A stretch of 43,385 nucleotides of DNA, from NCBI GenBank assembly GCA_039591515.1, contig JBDHDM010000003.1, positions 1-43,385 on the forward strand. The letters run 5' to 3'. Under the pieces are notes generated by a model that was not told the origin of the DNA, ran no database searches, and worked only from the letters and a program-made list of their open reading frames with translations. Shown one piece after another: positions 36,828 through 43,385 of the stretch. The DNA is from Gemmatimonadota bacterium. GTDB lineage: Bacteria > Gemmatimonadota > Gemmatimonadetes > Longimicrobiales > Gaopeijiaceae. Each line of letters begins with the position of its first letter. Position 1 is the stretch's first letter. The translations under genes were made by a program, and so were the position numbers.

Positions 36828-37601
36828 TCAGTCCTGCGCGGACGCGTGGAGCGCGAACATCGCCCCCTGTGGATCCGTGCAGTGGGCTACCATGTCCCCG
36901 CCGGGGATCTGCATGGGCTCGTTCCACACCGTGCCGCCGCCCGCCTTCACCGCTTCGACCGCCGCGTGGATGTCGGGTACGCGGATGTAGTAGAACCACA
37001 TGGCCGGGACGTCCTCGTTCGGTCGGTTCATCATGCCGCCGAGCTGCTGGCCTTCCCGACCGTACATGTGGTAGGTGCCCGCCTCGCCCATCTCCATCTC
37101 ACCGGTCTTCTCCCAGCCGAAGAGGGCCGAGTAGAAGGCCCAACCGGATTCCCAGTCGTCGGTGTACAGCTCGTGCCAGGAGACCTCTCCTACCTGCGGC
37201 GCACCGTCGTGCCCGGGCGCGAACTCCTCGGGCTCGTAGGCTGCGAAGACCACACCCTGGGGGTCGGCGAGGATCGCGATCGAGCCTACCGTCGGGACGT
37301 CGAACTGTGTCATGACCGTGCCGCCCAGCTCCACGGCCTTGGCCGCGGTCGCCCCGGCATCGGGCGTCGAGACGTATGCCAGCCAGTGCGGCGGGGCCCC
37401 CTGTGCTCGGGCCTCCTCCGGGAGCGCCATGACGCCCCCGATCGGCTGCTCACCGGCCGTCCACATGGTGTACGGCTCGCCTCCGCCCTCGTAGGGAGTG
37501 GTCCCCCACCCCGTCACGGGGCCGTAGAACGCCGGGGCGGCATCGGGGTCGGGGACCCTCAAGTCGTACCAGCAGAAGCGGCCCAGAGGAGTGTCGCTCA
37601 T
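36828..37601 (-). CDS. two-domain VOC (glyoxalase/bleomycin-resistance fold) family protein
   Basis: GRFCWYDL...TMW...WLAYVSTPD...DPQGVVFA is repeated as VSWHELYT...WFYYIRVPD...DPQGAMFAL. ATG 37601 has GGAG 9 nt upstream. Confidence 0.82.
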   Translation of the reverse strand: MSDTPLGRFCWYDLRVPDPDAAPAFYGPVTGWGTTPYEGGGEPYTMWTAGEQPIGGVMALPEEARAQGAPPHWLAYVSTPDAGATAAKAVELGGTVMTQFDVPTVGSIAILADPQGVVFAAYEPEEFAPGHDGAPQVGEVSWHELYTDDWESGWAFYSALFGWEKTGEMEMGEAGTYHMYGREGQQLGGMMNRPNEDVPAMWFYYIRVPDIHAAVEAVKAGGGTVWNEPMQIPGGDMVAHCTDPQGAMFALHASAQD

Positions 37602-37690
37602 CTTCGTCTCCATCTTGAGGAGAGCCGGGGCCCTCACGTCCACCCGTCACATCGTGGGCGGCCAAGATATCGCGCCCGGCCTCCTCTCGC

Positions 37691-40360
37691 CTACTCGGAC
37701 CGGAGCACCGAGATCGGATCCGTGGACGACGCCCTCGCAGCCGGAACGAAGGACGCGAGGGCCGATACCGCGACGAAGAGCGCGAGGGTGCCGCCCAGCG
37801 CCACGGGGTCCGTGGCACTGACTCCGAAGAGTGCGGCCGAGGCGATCCGACCCAGGCCCAAGGCTGCGATCATGCCGATCCCGAGCCCGATGCCCGTGAG
37901 CTTGAGGCCGCCCCCGACCACGCTGCGGCGGATCTCCGTCTTGGTCGCACCCAGCGCGATTCGGACGCCGATCTCCCGGTCGCGCTGGGCGACGGAAAAG
38001 GAGATCAACCCGTAGATCCCGAGGGCGGCGAGTAGCAGCGCCCCACCGCCGAAGATGCCGAGGAACACCGATCCGATGCTCCACTGCATCTGGTTTTCGG
38101 CCACCACGTCCTCGTAGGGACGGATGGTGAGGGGCAGGTCGGGCGCGATCGCTGCCAACGCCGAGCGCACACCGCCGACCATATCCGCCGGGTCCGAGGC
38201 CGTGCGCCCGACCACGAAGAAGCGACGCGAGGCGGCCTGCAACGACGGGCGGTAGTATTGTGGCCCCACGTTGCCCGGGTCGAGATCCGAGTGGTGCACC
38301 TCCTCGACCACTCCGATCACCACGCCCTGCGTGCGGCTGTCCGGATCCAACACCAGCGGCTGGCCCACGGCGTCTCCAGCCGGCCAGAGACGGTCCGCCA
38401 GCGGTCGGTTGATGATGACGACCGGCTGGGCCTCCGTCCCGTCCGTGATCGCGAAGTCCCGCCCGGCGACCACCTCGATACCCATCGTCTCGAAGTAACC
38501 CGGGTACACGTAGTTGGCGACCGCAAGCGGCCATTCTTCGGCGGGGGCGCCAGCGAGCGCCGTGGGGGCGACCTGGCCCGAGATGGTCTCGTGGTTGAGG
38601 GGCAGCCACCGGACGGCCGAGCTGGCGGAAATCCCGGCCACGCCCCGCACCGCGGCGACGGACTCCTCCAGGAAGGCCCTCCGCTCACCTGGAGTCGGGT
38701 ACGCGTCGGCACCCAGGATCACCTCCGTCGAGACGATTCTCTCGGGCTCGAAGCCGAGGTCCAGACGCTGGACCGAGGCGAAGCTCCGGAGCATGAGCCC
38801 GGCGCCGCTGATCAGCACGACCGCGAGCGCGACCTGGGAGATCACAAGGACCTGGCGGCCCCCGGAAGTGGCCAGCCCGCCCGAGCTCTTCGACCCTTCC
38901 TTCAGCCCCAGGGTCAGGTCGACGCGAGACGCCGAGAGGGCAGGAGCGAGTCCGAACGCCACCGGTGTGGCAAGCGTCACCAGCAGGGAAAACGCGAGGA
39001 CCGTCCGGTCGATGGAGATCGCTCCGATCTTGAAGAGATCCTCGGGAATGACGGGATTGAGCAGTCCGGTGATCCAATACGCCATCGCTACGCCCAGAAC
39101 ACCGCCGGCCGCCGCGAGCACGAGGCTCTCGGTGAGGAGCTGGCGGACGATGCGTCCCCGACGCGCGCCCATTGCGGCCCGCACCGAGACCTCACGAAGT
39201 CGGGAGCTTCCGCGCGCGAGGGTGAGACTCGCGACGTTCGCGCAGGCGATCAGAAGGACGAAAGCGACGGCTCCGAGGAGCACGTAGAAGAGCGCGTTCA
39301 TCATGTCCCACGCGAAGTTGAGCGCCTCTCGCACGGGCTTCACGGACACGCCCGACATCCGCCCGTCTTGCTCGGGATACTGCGCGGCGAGCTCCGCCTG
39401 GATCCCTTCGAGCTCCGACCGGACGCGGTCGACCGTCCAGCCGTCGTTGAGGCGTCCGACGAGCTGATAGGGAAGCCTGCCCCGGTCCGCCGAGCGGTCG
39501 TCACGGATGGGGAGCCAGAGCTTCACGCCGCCGAAGGGGAAGTTGAACTCGGGGGGCATCACGCCGATGACGGTGTGCTGAATCCCGTCGAGGGTGATCG
39601 CTCGGCCGACGATCGCGGGGTCCGCGGCGTAGCGGCGCTCCCAGAGTCCCTGGGCGAGCACGACGACCGGCTCTCCGCCCGGCCCTCCCTCGTCCAAACG
39701 GAACGTCCTTCCGATCGAGGCCTGCGCGTCGAGGACTTCGAACATGTTGGACGTGAGCCGAGAGTACTGAACCTGCTCCGGTCCCTCGGCGTCCGTGACG
39801 TTGGCGGAGCCGTACGTGTACGCCGCGAGGTCCTGGAACGCTCGCGAGCGCTCCTTCCAATCGGCGTACTGGGGGTAGGAGAAGCGGTCCATGTCCCATC
39901 CGGTGGTGGGATTGACCTGGTTCACCTGCACGAGCTCGCCCGCGTCGCCGAACGGAAGCGGGCGGAACAGGTACGGGTTCATCACGCTGAAAATCGTGGT
40001 GTTGGCCGCGATCCCGAACGCGAGGGTCAGAACGACCAAGCCCGCGTATCCGGGCGCCTTGCGAATGGACCGTAGCGCATAGCGCACGTCCTGGCGGATC
40101 TCGTCGAGTGACATCATCTCCCTCCTCCTCTCGTCCCGTCCCCGACGTGCCTGCATCTCGCTGCAGTACGTCCGGGTCTCGTCCATGTCTCCGAAGCGTC
40201 GAAGCGCCTCCTGACGGGCCTCTGCCCGCTCCCAGCCCGCCTCCGTCAGCTCTTCGGTAGCGAGCTCCATGTGATGCCGGAGCTCGTCCTCGACGGCACC
40301 GTGCGCATCCGCGTCCGACCACCGCTCGAGCCGGAAGGCCCGCTTGAACCGCTCGCTCAT
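37691..40360 (-). CDS. ADOP-family duplicated FtsX/MacB-type permease with N-terminal 'permease prefix' helix region
   Basis: N-terminus MSERFKRAFRLERWSDADAHGAVEDELRHHMELATEE...IRQDVRYALRSIRKAPGYAGLVVLTLAFGIAANT. There are two MacB-like periplasmic domains, each followed by an FtsX TM bundle (...REIGVRIALGATKTEI...). GGAGG lies upstream of the ATG. No ATPase gene is adjacent. Confidence 0.9.
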   Translation of the reverse strand: MSERFKRAFRLERWSDADAHGAVEDELRHHMELATEELTEAGWERAEARQEALRRFGDMDETRTYCSEMQARRGRDERRREMMSLDEIRQDVRYALRSIRKAPGYAGLVVLTLAFGIAANTTIFSVMNPYLFRPLPFGDAGELVQVNQVNPTTGWDMDRFSYPQYADWKERSRAFQDLAAYTYGSANVTDAEGPEQVQYSRLTSNMFEVLDAQASIGRTFRLDEGGPGGEPVVVLAQGLWERRYAADPAIVGRAITLDGIQHTVIGVMPPEFNFPFGGVKLWLPIRDDRSADRGRLPYQLVGRLNDGWTVDRVRSELEGIQAELAAQYPEQDGRMSGVSVKPVREALNFAWDMMNALFYVLLGAVAFVLLIACANVASLTLARGSSRLREVSVRAAMGARRGRIVRQLLTESLVLAAAGGVLGVAMAYWITGLLNPVIPEDLFKIGAISIDRTVLAFSLLVTLATPVAFGLAPALSASRVDLTLGLKEGSKSSGGLATSGGRQVLVISQVALAVVLISGAGLMLRSFASVQRLDLGFEPERIVSTEVILGADAYPTPGERRAFLEESVAAVRGVAGISASSAVRWLPLNHETISGQVAPTALAGAPAEEWPLAVANYVYPGYFETMGIEVVAGRDFAITDGTEAQPVVIINRPLADRLWPAGDAVGQPLVLDPDSRTQGVVIGVVEEVHHSDLDPGNVGPQYYRPSLQAASRRFFVVGRTASDPADMVGGVRSALAAIAPDLPLTIRPYEDVVAENQMQWSIGSVFLGIFGGGALLLAALGIYGLISFSVAQRDREIGVRIALGATKTEIRRSVVGGGLKLTGIGLGIGMIAALGLGRIASAALFGVSATDPVALGGTLALFVAVSALASFVPAARASSTDPISVLRSE

Positions 40361-40439
40361 GCGAGCGCCTCCGCCTCCACTCCGTTCCGGCCACCCGTTC
40401 GTCTCATCCCGTCCCGTCCCTCATTCTCGTGGTGTCGAC

Positions 40440-40784
40440 CTAGCGTTCGCCCGCGACCGGCTCGAGCACTTTGAAGACGGCCTCGGCGTATCGCCGCCAG
40501 AATCCGACCTCCGTCGCCAGCTGCCCCTGCCCCTGCGGGGTGAGCCGGTAGAACTTCGCGCGTCGGCCCTTGTCCGAGACGCCCCACTCCGACTCGATCC
40601 ACCCCGCGCGCTCCATCCGGTGCAGCGCCTGGTACAGTGCCGCATCCTGGAGCTCCAGGGCCCCATCCGAGCGCGCGCGGATCGAGCGCGACACGCCGAA
40701 TCCGTGCAACGCCCCCTGCGTCAGCGTTTGCAGGATGACCAGGTCGACGGTTCCAGGAAGAAGGCCTCTCGATGGTTCCGCCAT
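40440..40784 (-). CDS. PadR-family transcriptional regulator
   Basis: LPGTVDLVILQTLTQGALHGFGVSRSIRARSDGALELQDAALYQALHRMERAGWIESEWGVSDKGRRAKFYRLTPQG. GGAAGGAG lies upstream of the ATG. Confidence 0.92.
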   Translation of the reverse strand: MAEPSRGLLPGTVDLVILQTLTQGALHGFGVSRSIRARSDGALELQDAALYQALHRMERAGWIESEWGVSDKGRRAKFYRLTPQGQGQLATEVGFWRRYAEAVFKVLEPVAGER

Positions 40785-40867
40785 GGTTCACTCCTTCCGT
40801 CGTTGCGACGGGGCCCGGGCGAGGCCAAACGCGCTGCGGCCGGCCATGCGCGCTTGCCCTCACCAAG

Positions 40868-40888
40868 TATCCTCACTTAGTGAGGGTA
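40868..40888. promoter_or_regulatory. palindromic candidate operator upstream of padR
   Basis: Core CCTCACT-T-AGTGAGG (40871..40885) is a perfect 7-1-7 palindrome. It extends to TATCCTCACTTAGTGAGGGTA with one mismatch. A third CCTCAC half-site lies at 40858..40863. The element is 84-104 nt upstream of the padR ATG. Confidence 0.4.
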
Positions 40889-40945
40889 TGGGTGTCTGGG
40901 ACTACGGGCAAGGCGGACCCTCGGTTTCAAAGCGGGTCCTGCGCG

Positions 40946-42388
40946 TCAGTTCCCCGGCTCTTCCTCGGAGTCCCCGCCAGGAGCCCACTCGAAGCCGAGC
41001 ACGGCCGACCACTGCGAGAGCTTGAGGTCGATGTCCGCCAAATCCCCCGGGTCGAGGTCGGGGTCGAAGCGGCTCAAATCGAAGACCTGCACGAAGGGAC
41101 TGCTCCCGGCGGCCCACCCAACGCCGAGCATGATGTCGGCGCGGCCGAGCCGGAACGAGGCCCCGCCGCCGAATCGGAGGAGGTCGTACTTGGTGAGCGT
41201 CAGGTCACTGATTCCCGGTGCGCGCTTCGGGGCCGCGGAGTTGTCGGACGACAGGTTCAGGTAGACTCGGGCGCTCCCGACGCCCTGCTCGAGCCCCACG
41301 CCCCAGTTGAAGATCGAAACCGACTCGAACGTCGCGTCGTTGCTCAAGGCCTCTCCGCCCGTTTGAGGTACGAAGTCCTCGGCGTCGAGGACCGTGAAAC
41401 GGTCGCTGCCCTCGAACCACTCGCCGCTCACGTGGACGCGGGTCCCTCGGATCGTCCAGCCTAGCCCGGCGCCGACGTTCCATCCGCTCGCGAAGTCCGG
41501 CGACAGGTCCGGCTGGACGTTGGAGGCGAGAAGCGGGGACTCGACGATCAACGACTCCGGGTCGGTGCTCGCCGCGGATCCGTTGAACACGGCGCTGCCG
41601 TCACCGAAGAGCGAGACGCTCGGTGTCGTGGCGTTGAGGCCGAGCGACACGTCACCCCGCTCGTACGTGAGACCCAACTTGGTGAGGAGTCGATAGTGCT
41701 TGTACCGTCGCGACCTGAGGCGAGTGGCGATCGCGACGTCGTTTGCAGAGGTCGACGCTTGGAGGAGGAGCTCCGAGCGGATCTCCTGAGAGCGAATGGC
41801 CAGATAGGGTGCTGCTCCGATCCCCAGCCCGTCGGCCAGGGGGTAGGCCCAGGCGAGGCCGGTCCAGGTCTCCCGAAGCGACGTCGATCCGTTGTACGCG
41901 CCGGCGACGCTCTCGGGCCCGGGCGTGTCGAACACGTCCTCCTCCGTGATCTGGTAGCTGGAGATGTCCAGGCCCATCTGTTGTCTCGTGAGCACCGAGT
42001 ACACGAGCACGTGATCCCCGAGGAAGCCGAACTCGAGCGGGGTCGCCAGGAATGTCGCGATCGGTCGGGTGGACGAGGACCCGAGATCGGCACCCTCGCC
42101 GGCGGCGTTCTCCAGCGTGAAGTTGCTCGCCCGGTAGACGCGGGCGCTCAGCAGGAAGCCGGCGTCTCGGTAGAGCGCCAGCGCACCGGGATTGTAATAG
42201 ACGGCGCTGAGGTCTCGGACCGACCCGATCATCGCGCCCCCGAGCAGTGCGGAGCGGGTGCCGTACTGTTCGGACCAATAGTGGCTGTCTTGGGCGGAGA
42301 GGGGCTCGGGCGGGCTCACCAGGCCCGAACCGGTGAGGATCGACAGGGCCAGGAGGCTGATCCGAAAGGACGTGTTCGACATCCGCAT
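40946..42388 (-). CDS. outer-membrane beta-barrel protein, PorV/FadL-like N-terminal motif
   Basis: Signal peptide MRMSNTSFRISLLALSILTGSGLVSPPEPLSAQ. ALLGGAMIGSVRDLSAVYYNPGALAL. Long Gly/Ser/aromatic strand pattern. GGAAAGG lies upstream of ATG 42388. Confidence 0.6.
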   Translation of the reverse strand: MRMSNTSFRISLLALSILTGSGLVSPPEPLSAQDSHYWSEQYGTRSALLGGAMIGSVRDLSAVYYNPGALALYRDAGFLLSARVYRASNFTLENAAGEGADLGSSSTRPIATFLATPLEFGFLGDHVLVYSVLTRQQMGLDISSYQITEEDVFDTPGPESVAGAYNGSTSLRETWTGLAWAYPLADGLGIGAAPYLAIRSQEIRSELLLQASTSANDVAIATRLRSRRYKHYRLLTKLGLTYERGDVSLGLNATTPSVSLFGDGSAVFNGSAASTDPESLIVESPLLASNVQPDLSPDFASGWNVGAGLGWTIRGTRVHVSGEWFEGSDRFTVLDAEDFVPQTGGEALSNDATFESVSIFNWGVGLEQGVGSARVYLNLSSDNSAAPKRAPGISDLTLTKYDLLRFGGGASFRLGRADIMLGVGWAAGSSPFVQVFDLSRFDPDLDPGDLADIDLKLSQWSAVLGFEWAPGGDSEEEPGN

Positions 42389-42573
42389 CGCACCTTTCCA
42401 CTGAAGGCTGTGAAGAGACCCACCGGGGGATCGTACTCCCACCGATACTCTAGGCCAACGTCGCATATCTTTGAATGGTCGGTCGGCTCCCTACGGGGAC
42501 GGAAACGTCTCCCGCTCGCTTCGGCCGACTGCTACCATCCGAGCACCCGCCCCCCCCAGCCACTCGACGCATC

Positions 42574-43385
42574 GTGAACCTGATTTTCGATCCCTCCGAC
42601 CGACCCGTCGACTCCGTCCTGCACACCACCGACCTGTCGGAGGCCTCGGAGCGCGCCTTCGATCACGCTCTGGCCATCGCGATTCGTGTTGCAGGCCGTC
42701 TTACGATTCTGCACGCCCGCGGGAAGACGACGGACGACTGGGGGGATTTCCCGAGCGTGCGCTCGAAACTCGGGCGGTGGAAGGCGGCCGGGACGATGGA
42801 GGGCTTGGACGAGCGTGTCCGGCAGTGCAGCATCACCAAGGTCGAGGCGGGCGAGCGCGATCCGATCGCCGCGTCGAGGCGATACTTGGAGCGCCACCCG
42901 GCCGACATGCTGGTGACGGCCACGACGGGCCGCTCCGGCCTCTCGCGGATCTTCAAGTCGTCCACCGCCGAGCGGCTGGCGCGCGAGACACGTCTGATGT
43001 CCCTCTTCGTGCCGGCTTCCGGGAGAGGGTTCGTGGACGGGGATACCGGTGAGGTGACGCTTCGTCGAATCCTGCTTCCGGTCGATCCGGCCACGGACCC
43101 CCGACCGGCGATGCTGCGTGCCGTGCGCTCGGCGGCCTTCTTGGAGAACCCGTCGCTCGAGATCACCCTGCTTCACGTGACGGACGGCGGCGAGGCCCGT
43201 ATCGCCGAGGTTCCGGAGCTCCCGTACTGCCGCTGGAACGTCGTGCAGCAGAGCGGGTCCGTCGTCGATCGGATCCTCGAATTGGCGGACGACATCCAGG
43301 CGGACGCGATCTACATGTCCACCACGTGGGCCAAGGCGGGCTTCGGTCGGGTGGAGGGCGGCGTGACCGAGAGGGTGCTGGCGGA
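42574..43385 (+). CDS. tandem universal-stress-protein (USP) domain protein, 3' end beyond the window
   Basis: Not in the track because it runs off the right edge. Manual translation from GTG 42574 has no in-frame stop: VNLIFDPSDRPVDSVLHTTDLSEASERAFDHALAIAIRVAGRLTILHA...MLVTATTGRSGLSRIFKSSTAERLARET...ILLPVDPATDP...ITLLHVTDGG... Confidence 0.72.
   Translation, partial: MNLIFDPSDRPVDSVLHTTDLSEASERAFDHALAIAIRVAGRLTILHARGKTTDDWGDFPSVRSKLGRWKAAGTMEGLDERVRQCSITKVEAGERDPIAASRRYLERHPADMLVTATTGRSGLSRIFKSSTAERLARETRLMSLFVPASGRGFVDGDTGEVTLRRILLPVDPATDPRPAMLRAVRSAAFLENPSLEITLLHVTDGGEARIAEVPELPYCRWNVVQQSGSVVDRILELADDIQADAIYMSTTWAKAGFGRVEGGVTERVLA

Noticed and set aside
1-43385. Looked for CRISPR arrays, IS or transposon ends, integrases, toxin-antitoxin pairs, restriction-modification or other defence-system genes, and longer dispersed repeats.
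   Set aside because: None recognised by eye. The only exact repeat found is the 19-bp tandem duplication at 35976..36013. A computational repeat search (self-dot-plot or BLAST of the window against itself) would be needed to exclude dispersed repeats shorter than about 30 bp.

Overview
GC-rich bacterial chromosomal window with third codon positions mostly G/C. This generates many long spurious antisense ORFs in the track. I support about 38 protein genes, densely packed and often translationally coupled through ATGA/TGATG overlaps. I found no rRNA, tRNA, CRISPR array, transposase, integrase or phage gene. The gene content suggests a Gemmatimonadota- or Acidobacteriota-like organism, by inference only: a PadR regulator next to an orphan duplicated FtsX/MacB-type (ADOP) permease, a DUF5916/CBM9-like barrel, PorV/FadL-like barrels, a CarboxypepD_reg-type TonB-dependent receptor behind an ECF sigma/anti-sigma pair, and a multihaem cytochrome fused to TPR repeats. 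Housekeeping genes include infA, HU, a cyclophilin PPIase, nudC, an aspartate aminotransferase, a canonical DEAD-box helicase and a ProX/YbaK deacylase. Most of the window looks ordinary, and I did not recognise a defence island or mobile element. Observations worth a second look: (1) a perfect 19-bp tandem duplication at 35976..36013 shifts a dihaem cytochrome c gene into the frame of the overlapping downstream octahaem/TPR lipoprotein gene, giving one 1043-aa, 10-haem ORF. Removing one copy restores a canonical cytochrome c C-terminus and stop. (2) A DEAD-box paralog has every ATPase motif degenerate but keeps the Q motif and the DbpA-type RNA-binding domain. (3) A stand-alone GGDEF protein has a dead active site (GGGRY) but a correctly spaced RxxD I-site. 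(4) A 360-bp gap between convergent genes holds four consecutive hairpins ending in a strong intrinsic terminator, a candidate sRNA or long 3' UTR. (5) A 15-21 bp palindrome lies upstream of the PadR-ADOP pair. All family assignments come from motif recognition by eye and need HMM or BLAST confirmation.
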